Shown: positions 48,113 through 58,326 of the stretch, piece by piece | Numbering within the stretch: position 1 is the first letter of the stretch | Layout: every line of letters starts with the position of its first letter | From: Pseudomonas phage PhiPA3 | Direction: 5' to 3' (one strand) | Length of the DNA: 64,000 nt | Sequence record: HQ630627.1 | The notes under the pieces: model-generated | What the model saw: the letters and a program-made list of their open reading frames with translations, nothing else | Told to the model about the DNA's origin: nothing | Database searches by the model: none | Program-made: the position numbers and the translations under genes

Positions 48113-51022
48113 TTAACTCAATACCTCATGCTTGAGGAAGTTGAATTGGATGTCATCTTCCACAGTGAGTTCTTGGTTGGGGAGTACCACTAGTTTCTTA
48201 CGGATAGCTAGACGAACTGCATCATCTTCCACTGTAAGAATGCTGTAGTTAGCCGAACCACCAAGACCACTGAACTCGATTGCCATGACTTGATCCCCAG
48301 AGGTTTCTTCAAGCTTAGCCACAATATCCGATACCGATACAGTTTTGCGAACGATTAGGTCGTTAGTAATGATCTTACCGTTGCTGATATAGCTCGGACG
48401 AATTGCAGAGTTCTTGTACTCGGACGGTGTCAGGTACATAGTGATCGCAAAGGCTTGGTCCACTGGAATGGTTGCCTTTTGACCCTCACGTACTGTAACA
48501 ACCGTATCACCGTAAGTCGTAGTCGGATACAAGAACAACTCACACTTCTCCAGCAATTGCCGGTTCAGTAGATCAATGTCTGTTTGCAACCAACCCACGA
48601 ATTCCATAGGGATCTGAGAACGATAGTTGGAGGCAGCTTGTTCCGTTGCAAAGTAGAACAGCCCATCCACCATTAGCAGTGTGATTTCTCGCAACAGTTT
48701 ACGAGGTGCAACCAGAATGGGGTTACCGTCTTTATCAAGCTTGACATCCCCTTTCTGATGCTTCTTCACTTGGTTTCCTTGGGCATCCAGAACCGGGTCA
48801 CCTTTCTTGTGAAGAATCTCGTAATCATAACCACCACCCGGCAAAGGCGTGATGATAACGTTACCATTACTGTCAGTAGCGTACTCGTTTTCTTCGTAGA
48901 ACGCCATGACATCGTATTCCCAATGCTGATAAGACTCATCTCCCAACACCGTACGACTACGACGCCAGATGCTGGTCATGTCGTAACCCAGTACGGTTTG
49001 CAGTCGTTCACGAGTTACCACCATATACTGCTGAGGCAGCAGATGACTTTGTACTAGGTCATCGAGTTCATTTGGTTGATAACCGGGAGTGATGGTATTC
49101 ACCACTAGGATGGAAACATCGAGGTTGCAATTCAAGGGCGTATAGAACCGATTCTGCGTTACGTCGAACATGGAGAGGTTGGTCGTATGCAGATGATGTA
49201 GTGAATCAATATCGTAGTTCGTATTGATGTCGAAGTAATACACCCTTTCGTTATCTTCCTTACCCATGTAGATGCCATTGACCGAAGCCCAGCGTGATTC
49301 ATTTGGCGGTTGATAACCGATCTGCAAAACGACTTGATCATCGTTTAGCTGCTTGAACTGATCACCAGTTTCCAGTTTGACAGTAATGCGATAACCTGCA
49401 TCAGTGCGAACAATATTGAACGAGTCAATCGTTGCTTGTAGGTTAGCTGTATCGTTCTCACCCACGAAGACCTTTTGTGTGATCGTCGGGTTATCCAAGT
49501 AGTAAGGACGCATCTCAAAGTTATTCGAGCTAGCATCCAGTACGTTGTGGAACGGTGAGTACATATACCGCCCAGCATTAACTTCCCGTGCAATGGTTTC
49601 AGCATTGCTGTTAACCAAACGGTCAATCTCAGCATCAGCTACCGTGGTAACCATCCCATTATAGAACCGGAACAGCATCGACGGTTTGATCGTAATACGG
49701 CTGTCATTATCAGCAACGTGTTCGGAACCCGCCAGTGAATCCATATCCAGTTTTAACTGAGACATGGCAACGCCTGCGCCTGAGACGATATCCAAACCAG
49801 CCGGTACACCCAGTCGACGAGAAGCCAAAAATTGTCGATTGGTAATGTTATCGATGTTTGATACCAGATCGTAACCACGACGAGTCAGTGTGGATTCCAG
49901 CTGCACGTTCGTAATAGGGATTTGGTTGTCGCCAAGTGTATTATTGATGACTTGATCACGCAGAGTAATAAAGTCAATCGACGCTGCACCACCATCTACC
50001 TTCTGTCGACTCATCGACTGAATCAAACCGAACGTATTCAATGGAGCAACGTACGTGGGGTCGTCGTCAATTGAATTGAACGTGTGCTTAAACTGATCAA
50101 TTTTGTACGCGGCCAGATCTCGCTCCAATCGACCCTTGGTTGTGTAGATATCCACACGAATGTCGCCAGTGGCCATCGCCATGTTGGTATAGACCGTTGG
50201 AATACTCACAGAGAGTTTTCCTGGCAGAACTTTGAATACTACAGTCAGGTTCAGTGGGTCATACACCAGATCGCTGTGAGTTGTCCGTACCTCTTCCCAA
50301 ACATCATCTTGGTTACGACTGATGTAAGCCCGCGCGTAATAGAAATTATCGGTGTAGGTGTACGAGGTTTGGAACAGCGAACTGGGGTTGAGCGTATCCG
50401 TGAAAGTTGTGACTTTGAAGTTCTGTACCGGAATATACAACGACATGACTTTACGTCCGTCGATGATCACCATTTCCCAATCAACCACGTTGGTACTCAG
50501 CGTAGCCACTGGTGAGATCGAGTCCTGTACATATTCAGCTGCGACACCACCGTGTCGCATTACCCGCAGTTCGATCGGGTACTGCATGGTAAAGGTAAGG
50601 TCAGCTACTGTGAACTCAGTTAAACGAGGAATAACCAGTTTCTTCAGGCCCTGGTCTCCATACGGGATAGCCTTAGCTAGAACTTCATCGTAAGCCAACA
50701 GTAGTTGCCAAGTAGTCGATGATGGTTCTGAGAATCGACCCAGGTAATCGTCATCCGACATGTGTCGATAGAGTTCGTCATTGGTGATGGCTAACCGGGG
50801 ATAGAGCTGACGCATCAACCCTTCCGTTTCGTTGATCGCCATACAGGTCTCTTGTACACTGCATTCAGCTGCGTATACAAATGGCATAGTTGCATCAGGG
50901 ATATCAAACGCCGCAGTCCCATTTGGATTCAATTGTGAATCCATCTCCTGAAGGACCAGTTGCTGCATCAATGCTGGATTACGACGTACATTGTACAGCC
51001 GTTCTCTGAAAGAAGAAGTCAC
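48113..51022 (-). CDS. large hypothetical protein (969 aa), possibly virion structural
   Basis: uninterrupted 2.9-kb minus ORF; no recognisable catalytic motifs. Confidence 0.5.
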   Translation of the reverse strand: MTSSFRERLYNVRRNPALMQQLVLQEMDSQLNPNGTAAFDIPDATMPFVYAAECSVQETCMAINETEGLMRQLYPRLAITNDELYRHMSDDDYLGRFSEPSSTTWQLLLAYDEVLAKAIPYGDQGLKKLVIPRLTEFTVADLTFTMQYPIELRVMRHGGVAAEYVQDSISPVATLSTNVVDWEMVIIDGRKVMSLYIPVQNFKVTTFTDTLNPSSLFQTSYTYTDNFYYARAYISRNQDDVWEEVRTTHSDLVYDPLNLTVVFKVLPGKLSVSIPTVYTNMAMATGDIRVDIYTTKGRLERDLAAYKIDQFKHTFNSIDDDPTYVAPLNTFGLIQSMSRQKVDGGAASIDFITLRDQVINNTLGDNQIPITNVQLESTLTRRGYDLVSNIDNITNRQFLASRRLGVPAGLDIVSGAGVAMSQLKLDMDSLAGSEHVADNDSRITIKPSMLFRFYNGMVTTVADAEIDRLVNSNAETIAREVNAGRYMYSPFHNVLDASSNNFEMRPYYLDNPTITQKVFVGENDTANLQATIDSFNIVRTDAGYRITVKLETGDQFKQLNDDQVVLQIGYQPPNESRWASVNGIYMGKEDNERVYYFDINTNYDIDSLHHLHTTNLSMFDVTQNRFYTPLNCNLDVSILVVNTITPGYQPNELDDLVQSHLLPQQYMVVTRERLQTVLGYDMTSIWRRSRTVLGDESYQHWEYDVMAFYEENEYATDSNGNVIITPLPGGGYDYEILHKKGDPVLDAQGNQVKKHQKGDVKLDKDGNPILVAPRKLLREITLLMVDGLFYFATEQAASNYRSQIPMEFVGWLQTDIDLLNRQLLEKCELFLYPTTTYGDTVVTVREGQKATIPVDQAFAITMYLTPSEYKNSAIRPSYISNGKIITNDLIVRKTVSVSDIVAKLEETSGDQVMAIEFSGLGGSANYSILTVEDDAVRLAIRKKLVVLPNQELTVEDDIQFNFLKHEVLS

Positions 51023-51036
51023 AGGTGTTACCTCAA

Positions 51037-52077
51037 TTAAGATTTGTACGGTCTGGTCAGGTTACCACCAACACGCGCGTTATAGACCTCGACTGGCACA
51101 TGCCATTCTAGTTCCATATTGGCAGCATTGATGTAGGGATAAGCTTGGAAGTTGAACCACTGCTTTTCATGGGCTTGCAATTTAACTGTCAGGCGACCAC
51201 GTTTCCCATCTCGCATCAGACCATTGAAAGTTTCAACTAGGTCATTAAACTCATAGATCAAGATGTGATCGTAAATTGTCATACCCATACAACGGAAGCT
51301 GAAGTTCAGCTGATCATTGGCAACCTGGAACGGTGTCTCAGAACCGTCACCGGTGTAGTTCATGATCTGTCCAGTTGGAGAGTTCATAGGCAGTGCAGCA
51401 CCACATGCAGCAATGCGGGTTACGAAAGTTTTCGTTTGGTCCATAACCAGACGATAGATTCGTGTATTGGCATCGTATTCATTCCGCATCAGCAGGTCAG
51501 GATAGGGTAAAATACGACCTTCTCGATTAAGGCCCATATAGACAAGCCAAATGTAGAACATCCATGATATAGGATCGCCAGAAATATTGCGGAATGTCGC
51601 TTGTAGGTCGAAAGTGTTGTACTGGTATGGTACATCATCGACATACGACATTGCATCGCGGTAAACACCAGCGGTCGTCGTCGCAAGGTTTATAGTGAAG
51701 TCTTCCCAACCCGTTAAACTAATTAGGTTGTTAGACAGCAGTGGGATGAATGGATTCAACGGATCTACCCCACCACACCAAGCATCGCCACCGTTCTTAT
51801 GTGCCCTCGGGTCTAAGTATGCCCTGACCATTCGTTCGATACTGAGCGCATTGGGGTTTAGTATCTGAGACAATCGACGGTCTACCATGCAGTTCTGATC
51901 AGATAAATTCAACAATGGTCTGGTAAAGAACGTATAGCCATGGTTCTCGGTGTTTAGTGCGATCGCGTTATTGCGTCCAGTGATGTTTAGACCCTTGAAA
52001 GAGTCATCAACTGACTGGTCGCGCGGCGACATCCCAATGTTCTGGGAAATTTGCTTTAAATAATCTGTTAGTGCCAT
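51037..52077 (-). CDS. hypothetical protein (346 aa)
   Basis: upstream of the 969-aa gene on the same strand. Confidence 0.5.
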   Translation of the reverse strand: MALTDYLKQISQNIGMSPRDQSVDDSFKGLNITGRNNAIALNTENHGYTFFTRPLLNLSDQNCMVDRRLSQILNPNALSIERMVRAYLDPRAHKNGGDAWCGGVDPLNPFIPLLSNNLISLTGWEDFTINLATTTAGVYRDAMSYVDDVPYQYNTFDLQATFRNISGDPISWMFYIWLVYMGLNREGRILPYPDLLMRNEYDANTRIYRLVMDQTKTFVTRIAACGAALPMNSPTGQIMNYTGDGSETPFQVANDQLNFSFRCMGMTIYDHILIYEFNDLVETFNGLMRDGKRGRLTVKLQAHEKQWFNFQAYPYINAANMELEWHVPVEVYNARVGGNLTRPYKS

Positions 52078-52118
52078 TTTTTTAAAACTCTCTGCGGATC
52101 AACAAAGGAAGAGAACAA

Positions 52119-53279
52119 ATGCTACCTATTGGTGCGGCAATTGGCGGAGCCGCAGGTTCCGCCGCTGGCGGCCTCATGGCCACCGTATTTAACCTTGCTA
52201 AGAACGGCATGGAAGTAGGGTCCCTTGCTGACCTGGCTCGCCCGTGTCGTGTTGAGCCGCTGGCTATCATCGATAGTGCATTGGCTGATCAACCTTACAT
52301 GCAAGACCTGATGAAAATGGGTCTGTCGCAGTTCGCTGGTTATTACCTGCAAGCTGTGAACATGGTTCTCGGTGTTGGTAAGATCGACACCCTGAAAGTG
52401 TTCGATTCGCTGAACCCGTATCGTTCAGTCGGCGGCGGTATTGATGTCCGTCAAGCGGCCTTCTCGAAAGAAACTTACTTGGACGGTCTGCCGTCTCTGG
52501 AAAGCTTCAATGAGCGTATGCGTCCTGATACTATCGCGGAATACTCCATGGAGAAATTCCAAGCGGGTCGTGATGACGCTGATACCTCTAAGGATACCGA
52601 CGCTGGTAAGTCGATGAGTTCCGGTGATGGTGGTAAGATTTACGAGACTGAGAATCTGGCAGTGGGTAAACTGCTGAACGTGGAAATCAAAGACGGTGAC
52701 CAGAAAGCAAAGTTGCCTGTTCTGATTCGTCTAATCCCGGCTGCTGTTCCGTCTCAGACTCTGACTCATATCTTTACCGCAGGCGGTCGTGACTCTTGGG
52801 CTCACCGTTACTTCCTGGTGAAGACTGGTCAGCTGCGCTTCTGGCGTGATTTCATTATGGGTCAAGACATGATCGATGCGCATTTCCAAGCATTGATGAA
52901 AGACCAATCGGGTGTCTATAAGACCATTACCGATCGTCGTCGCAATAACATGTCTAAAGCTTTCCAAAGTGGTCGTGTATCCATGGCGGACGCTTCCAAC
53001 ATTGCTATCATCTCTGCTACAACCATGAAGCAGACCGCGAATGCACTGTATGCGAAGATGGATGATTTCAATGTCCGTCAGAAGATCTTTGACAACAGCT
53101 ATCTGCTGATGCTGATGGTTGTAGATGAGCGCTGGCAGCGTGTTACCGTTTACCATCGCGGTGTAGACCTCTCCTCCAGCTATCGTCTGGATGAAGTCAA
53201 GATGGCTGAGAAGTCGAAGGGTCAGGATATCACTGAGATCTTCAAGCTGTTCAGCAAACAAATGCAAACCAATATCTAA
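52119..53279 (+). CDS. hypothetical protein (386 aa, Gly/Ala-rich N-terminus)
   Basis: AAGGAAGAG RBS. Confidence 0.5.
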   Translation: MLPIGAAIGGAAGSAAGGLMATVFNLAKNGMEVGSLADLARPCRVEPLAIIDSALADQPYMQDLMKMGLSQFAGYYLQAVNMVLGVGKIDTLKVFDSLNPYRSVGGGIDVRQAAFSKETYLDGLPSLESFNERMRPDTIAEYSMEKFQAGRDDADTSKDTDAGKSMSSGDGGKIYETENLAVGKLLNVEIKDGDQKAKLPVLIRLIPAAVPSQTLTHIFTAGGRDSWAHRYFLVKTGQLRFWRDFIMGQDMIDAHFQALMKDQSGVYKTITDRRRNNMSKAFQSGRVSMADASNIAIISATTMKQTANALYAKMDDFNVRQKIFDNSYLLMLMVVDERWQRVTVYHRGVDLSSSYRLDEVKMAEKSKGQDITEIFKLFSKQMQTNI

Positions 53280-53294
53280 GTCAAGGACATCGCG

Positions 53295-54188
53295 ATGAGT
53301 CTTCTTACATATGTCCGCTCTCTCGCTCCTGTCATTGAACGTCGGGATCTGATGAACATCATCGACAATCTGGAACTGGAGTATGAAGATACCCTGGCTC
53401 CGATTCTGGCTGATGTGCGAGAAGCTTTTGGTGGTCGCCCTCTGAAGAGCATGTTGGCTCGACGCATGGATGTTGCCATGCGTCGCAACGTGAACTTCAG
53501 TGGTTCGGTGGTTGATGTCATTATCAACTCCCTGACCAATGTTAAATCAGCTTTTGAATTCCTGCGTCGTGAAACGCGTGCTCTGTTCAGTGTTCAGTTT
53601 ACTAACTCAAACCTGACCTTTGACCGAGCTAACCTACTTAAGTTCGTTGAAGCCCTGGCTTTCTACGTTCGTTACGGTCGTAAGTTCCTGCTCTACGTAG
53701 TGGGTCAAGAAGCTGCTACTGTCGGTAAGGCCACGATCTCTCGTTGGACCTCTGCTGAAAACGAATGGATTGAGTCTAACATGTCTCAATTCACCGCATT
53801 GTTCCCGACCATGAACCTGCCGGGTAGCGAACTCAAGTCTCGTATGTCTCGTGCATCTTCGGCTACCATTGACGACAGTACTTTCCAACTGGCTCAAGGT
53901 TTGGGCGCTGCTAAGACTGATCCGCTGAATCTGTCGGGCTTCTCTCCGCGTCAAAACCCCTTCCTGATCATCGGCAAGCTGATTGCCGAAATGCAGGCAG
54001 AGCGTTACAAGAACGCCAAGGAAGAATACTTCGGTCTGCAACTGCGTCTGCAAGAACTGCGCGAGCTAGCCGCTGGCGGTCAAGCTAATCCGCAACTGCA
54101 ACGTGAAATCGAAGCTTACGAACGCCGTGCTTCCAGCTATGAATTCGAGATCGCACAGATCGAAGAGAAAGCTGGCATTGCTAGTTAA
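53295..54188 (+). CDS. hypothetical protein (297 aa)
   Basis: tandem ORF. Confidence 0.45.
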   Translation: MSLLTYVRSLAPVIERRDLMNIIDNLELEYEDTLAPILADVREAFGGRPLKSMLARRMDVAMRRNVNFSGSVVDVIINSLTNVKSAFEFLRRETRALFSVQFTNSNLTFDRANLLKFVEALAFYVRYGRKFLLYVVGQEAATVGKATISRWTSAENEWIESNMSQFTALFPTMNLPGSELKSRMSRASSATIDDSTFQLAQGLGAAKTDPLNLSGFSPRQNPFLIIGKLIAEMQAERYKNAKEEYFGLQLRLQELRELAAGGQANPQLQREIEAYERRASSYEFEIAQIEEKAGIAS

Positions 54189-54193
54189 GGAGA

Positions 54194-54736
54194 ATGGTCA
54201 TGGGTCAGCCTACTAATTCCGTGAAACCATTCGACGCTAATAAAGAGTACACAGGGGGGCAATACAAAGCCTCCCAGCGTTTCACAATGCGTCAAGGTGA
54301 TCCGCGTGTTCATGACTTGTTCGTGGAATACACCAATTTTCCACAGCGGACTGTTTATTGGGAATTCCGTAAACAAGTAATCGATCTGGCATTGGTTCTG
54401 TTTGGTGGTAACTATAATTGGTTCCTGCGTCAAGACCATAATGCCACTCTGACTGGGGTCAATTACGACTTCCTGCTCGATACTGTACGTTTCATTGCTA
54501 CTGGTAAGCGTCGTGTGAACCTGCATACCTGGCCAGCTCTGCTGACGTATGAACCCACGCAGCCTATCAACGTAGAAGAACGCCGCAATATTGCTGGTCT
54601 CTTCCATGAACTGAATCTCAGTCTGGACACCAAAGCGATTATCCAGAAATGGTGTACGCATAAAGGTGGTTTCGATGACCTCATGTACACCATGAATATG
54701 CTCTTTGGCACAGTACCTGAGAAAGTCAACAAGTAA
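54194..54736 (+). CDS. hypothetical protein (180 aa)
   Basis: TAAGGAG RBS; the antisense 223-aa ORF is rejected. Confidence 0.45.
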   Translation: MVMGQPTNSVKPFDANKEYTGGQYKASQRFTMRQGDPRVHDLFVEYTNFPQRTVYWEFRKQVIDLALVLFGGNYNWFLRQDHNATLTGVNYDFLLDTVRFIATGKRRVNLHTWPALLTYEPTQPINVEERRNIAGLFHELNLSLDTKAIIQKWCTHKGGFDDLMYTMNMLFGTVPEKVNK

Positions 54737-54746
54737 AGGAGGGTCC

Positions 54747-56063
54747 ATGGTTGACTCTATTGTTAACCAAACCCAACCTGAGCATCTCGACGGGGTAGAA
54801 CCCGTCGATTTGCCCGTCTCGCCCGAAGACCAAACTAAGTTGGAGTCAATTGACATTAGCTTAGAGGCATTTCATGCAGAATTGGATAGACTGGAGAAAC
54901 TAGATCACTTTATCCACAGTGATACGGGTAAACAGTCTCCAGAGATGCTGCGTTATGCCGTGGAGAAGTTCGGATTTGCGGACGCGATCTCGACGGAAGA
55001 CATTACCGATTCCGCCAAGCAGGTATGGGACCGCACTAAGTACAATTTAAAGCGATTCCAGAGCGATTTGTACGGTTACGCTAAGGTTCTCCAGAGTGGG
55101 AACGATCGCATCGTAGAGCGCATTTCTATGCTTTATGACACGGCCTCCAATATCAAGGATAAGCCGTATCAAGAAGAGATTGAAATTCGTAAGAACGCTA
55201 AGTTCGGTATTGACGGTAAGTTTGAACCGCATGACATTCGTCCAGTGATGATTCAAACGCAGAACCTTCTGGACTTCTATGATAAAGTCCTATTGCCGTA
55301 CATGGCCATGATCGATAAGATGATCAACAATTTATCGTTCGATGAAAAATGGACTGAAGACGCTACGATCGACTTTAGTATCTTCTACGCTAAGCGTTGG
55401 CTCAAGGGGGCACTCCCGGTTGAGAATGATCAACGCTTTCGTGTGAATGCTTCAGTGTTTCGGTCAGACTTGACTCAAGGCAATCGTTCTATTTACTTCT
55501 CGGGCCCTACTGAGGCGGAAACGGACAAGATCCAAGACTGGGCTTTTATGGTGAATACAATTCGGGATTTCCGATTTAAGTATTACACTGTACCGGAACA
55601 AAAGCCGGTTAACCCGGAAGACAACAAGATCGAAGTCCCTGCATCAAATCAGATCCGTCAACGTTTAGGTGTATTGATGGGCCTGGCCAAACGTCTACAA
55701 GCTCGGAAGGGTTATGACCAGAAGCTTTCTGCCGCATTACGTAAGCTGGAACAATCAGCTGATCGGGTACGCAGTAAAGCCGGTCAAATAAGGACCATGG
55801 ATAATAATGACCCTAACAGCCCAACTAATCGGCCAACCGAGGCAAAGAACGAAGCTCGCCCTGCCGTATCGAATGTAATCCATGATTTGACGATGATCCT
55901 GAACAACGTGACACGTATGATCACCGATTACAATAATGCCCTGGCTGGGATGATTCGCTTAATTAGTGGATTGGCATTCATTGCTGACCTGGAACTCAAG
56001 GCCTTCCAAGCACCTTTGCGAAAGCCTACTGAGGAAGAACAAAAGCGTCTCGCTCCAAGATGA
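54747..56063 (+). CDS. internal-head/inner-body-like paralog 1
   Basis: AAGGAGGG RBS; SLEAFHAELDRLEKL module start resembles LExYxxLLK of its paralogs. Confidence 0.45.
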   Translation: MVDSIVNQTQPEHLDGVEPVDLPVSPEDQTKLESIDISLEAFHAELDRLEKLDHFIHSDTGKQSPEMLRYAVEKFGFADAISTEDITDSAKQVWDRTKYNLKRFQSDLYGYAKVLQSGNDRIVERISMLYDTASNIKDKPYQEEIEIRKNAKFGIDGKFEPHDIRPVMIQTQNLLDFYDKVLLPYMAMIDKMINNLSFDEKWTEDATIDFSIFYAKRWLKGALPVENDQRFRVNASVFRSDLTQGNRSIYFSGPTEAETDKIQDWAFMVNTIRDFRFKYYTVPEQKPVNPEDNKIEVPASNQIRQRLGVLMGLAKRLQARKGYDQKLSAALRKLEQSADRVRSKAGQIRTMDNNDPNSPTNRPTEAKNEARPAVSNVIHDLTMILNNVTRMITDYNNALAGMIRLISGLAFIADLELKAFQAPLRKPTEEEQKRLAPR

Positions 56064-56069
56064 CATAAA

Positions 56070-56094
56070 CGGGAACCGTATGGTTCCCTTTATG
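56070..56094 (+). terminator. hairpin gggaacc-gtat-ggttccc followed by TTTATGCTATGTTA
   Basis: near-identical to the element at 58268. Confidence 0.55.
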
Positions 56095-56126
56095 CTATGT
56101 TATTCAGATACTCATGAGTACTAGAC

Positions 56127-57092
56127 ATGATTCATAACCTCGCATTCCACTTGGGCAACGAAGATTTCGCCGATGCTCATGAACCCCTGTTTGATGGCAC
56201 TGGCGAACCGCCAAGCATCGAAACTCAAAAGAACGACCAAGACTCAGTAGGTACAGGGGAAACTGCCCCAGCTGCCGAAAGTCCGGATACCCCGGAACAG
56301 AAACCCCAGCCGGAAGAAACTGCTGAAGCTGAAACCCCAGAAGACTCGGGTGAAGCTGAATCGGTTAAAGCCTCGGAACTGGAGCACGAGAAAGTAGAAG
56401 ACGTTGAGGCCGAAGAGAAACCTCTGGACGAATCTACTACAGCTCTGGAAAACTATATGCCAAAAGCAGTGCAGTCGGCTATCCTTGGTTTCTCCAAGCG
56501 TGAACGCACTGTACTGGGTAGCCATGTCAAGCGTATCCATCGCCTGGCTGGTACAAAACGCTCTGCTGACGAATCCATCTCTCTGGAATCTCTGGCTGAA
56601 GCTGTAGTCATCGGTAAAGCTCGTCTGATCGACCTGCGGGTACAGAAGGCCCATCATCGCTTTGCTGTATCCAACGAAGCTGTTGCTTCGGTACAAGCTC
56701 TGACCACGACTAAAGATCTCCCCAAACACCCTAAGGAGAATCAAGTATTCCATGTGAATGGTGTTGACTGGGTATTCTCTAAAGGCCAATGGGTAACTCG
56801 CCAAGGCATCTACGGTTTTGAAGACATTGATCCGACCTACTCGGTTCCGAAGACTGAGGCAGATTGCGACAATGCTCCTTTGGCACATGACATGATCCAG
56901 GGCGGTGAATTCGCTGAACCCGTTGATCAAGTTGAAGTGATCCCGGCTCTGGAAGCCTACGACCGTCTGCTAACTAAATACAAGCCTGCCCTGACTGAGC
57001 GTGCTTGTGGCGTAGTGGTAGCAGGTATTGAGCGCGCTGCAAAACTCAGCGGTATGAAAAGCGGCACTGTGTCCGTTGAGGCGTACCGTTAA
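56127..57092 (+). CDS. inner-body-like paralog 2 (acidic N-terminus, module at the C-terminus)
   Basis: very acidic E/D-rich N-terminal half; ALENY and C-terminal ALEAYDRLLTKYKP motifs. Confidence 0.45.
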   Translation: MIHNLAFHLGNEDFADAHEPLFDGTGEPPSIETQKNDQDSVGTGETAPAAESPDTPEQKPQPEETAEAETPEDSGEAESVKASELEHEKVEDVEAEEKPLDESTTALENYMPKAVQSAILGFSKRERTVLGSHVKRIHRLAGTKRSADESISLESLAEAVVIGKARLIDLRVQKAHHRFAVSNEAVASVQALTTTKDLPKHPKENQVFHVNGVDWVFSKGQWVTRQGIYGFEDIDPTYSVPKTEADCDNAPLAHDMIQGGEFAEPVDQVEVIPALEAYDRLLTKYKPALTERACGVVVAGIERAAKLSGMKSGTVSVEAYR

Positions 57093-57098
57093 AATGAA

Positions 57099-57121
57099 GG
57101 GGGCTTCGGCTCCCTTTATGC
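57099..57121 (+). terminator. hairpin gggggc-ttcg-gctccc followed by TTTATGC
   Basis: UUCG-loop hairpin plus TATGC. Confidence 0.55.
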
Positions 57122-57143
57122 TAACACTAATCGAGAAACACCC

Positions 57144-58259
57144 ATGAGCAACTCAGCTTTCGTAGATAAAGCTTTTAAAGAAATTGATCGCTTGGAGCGC
57201 GCCCAAGCTGCCCTAGAGGGTTATTTGGATCTGATTAAGGAAGCAGGGCCCAGAGGTTTGTCGAAACAAGCAGCGGCGATTATGCACACCGGCCTTGAGC
57301 ACATCGACGTTACTTGCGGCTTGACAGTGCGGGCCACTGGTATGGAGTCGTATGACGCTACTCCTCGCTCGGCGATGGAGGCCGTAAACGTTGATACCAA
57401 AGCGATCGCTAACCGCGCTCGTGAAATTGGTGCCAAGATCCTGGAATGGATTAAGAAGATCTTCACTGCGGTACAGCATAAGTTTAACAAGCTGTCAAGT
57501 GGTGTAGCTGCAATGGAGAGTGAGTCCGGTAAAGTTACCGAAGCTCTCAAGGCTATTAAAGGTGACTTGCCTGATAAGATCAACCTGGCTAATAATCCGT
57601 GGATGTACCTGGACAAAGAGTTCGTTGGTTTTGAACTAACCGACGCTGAGGCCAACGTACTCAAAGAACTCAAGCAAGGTTTGGAAATCAGCTACAAGAA
57701 AATTGTAGAGCCGATCATTGCTGGGTTACGGGATCATGGCATTAGTCCCTTTGTAACCGATGTTATCAGAGACACCATGACACGTATTCAAATCCATAAT
57801 CCGCCTGCGGTCGAATTACCAGGTAACTTTAAATTCAGGCGCAATGGCTTCCGTTTCAAGATCAAGATGGATAACGATTTTGCGGACAGGGCAGCAGTCA
57901 GTGCATTGGTTGGCTCCACCGGGACGCATGATGTGGATGTTCCGTCGTTATCTGAACTTCGTAATCAGTGGGAACGTAAGATCGTTCCTCACATTCATGC
58001 CCTTGGTAATCCGCAAAGCTTTGGTCTGATTGAGAAGATCCGTGATGATCTGACTAAGGCATTGGTTGACGTTCGTAAACATAAGAACTTCGATGAAGAT
58101 CAGTTCAAGAAAATTCAGGCAGCCATATCTGAGTTTGTCAAGGAACTGAATCCCGATGATTACTTCACAGTAACTCGACAACTAGTTTTGTGCTTGCGAG
58201 CCAAATTCAAGGCATATCACGCCGTACTCAATGCAGTCAACAAAAGTGGCGAAGAGTAA
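57144..58259 (+). CDS. inner-body-like paralog 3
   Basis: ALEGYLDLIKEAGPRGLSKQAAAIMHTGLEHID...ESYDATPRSA. Confidence 0.5.
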   Translation: MSNSAFVDKAFKEIDRLERAQAALEGYLDLIKEAGPRGLSKQAAAIMHTGLEHIDVTCGLTVRATGMESYDATPRSAMEAVNVDTKAIANRAREIGAKILEWIKKIFTAVQHKFNKLSSGVAAMESESGKVTEALKAIKGDLPDKINLANNPWMYLDKEFVGFELTDAEANVLKELKQGLEISYKKIVEPIIAGLRDHGISPFVTDVIRDTMTRIQIHNPPAVELPGNFKFRRNGFRFKIKMDNDFADRAAVSALVGSTGTHDVDVPSLSELRNQWERKIVPHIHALGNPQSFGLIEKIRDDLTKALVDVRKHKNFDEDQFKKIQAAISEFVKELNPDDYFTVTRQLVLCLRAKFKAYHAVLNAVNKSGEE

Positions 58260-58267
58260 TCATAAAC

Positions 58268-58292
58268 GGGAACCTTCGGGTTCCCTTTATGC
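58268..58292 (+). terminator. hairpin gggaacc-ttcg-ggttccc followed by TTTATGCTATGTTA
   Basis: UUCG-loop hairpin plus TATGC. Confidence 0.55.
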
Positions 58293-58326
58293 TATGTTAA
58301 CATACACCTTGCAAGGGTTTAAACAA

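Noticed and set aside
54185-54856. 223-aa minus ORF overlapping 54194..54736
   Set aside because: The + ORF has a TAAGGAG RBS and continues the + operon; the minus ORF spans a + intergenic RBS region.
56244-56930. 228-aa minus ORF antisense to inner-body-like paralog 2
   Set aside because: Shadow of the acidic + gene; S/F/R-rich artefact composition.
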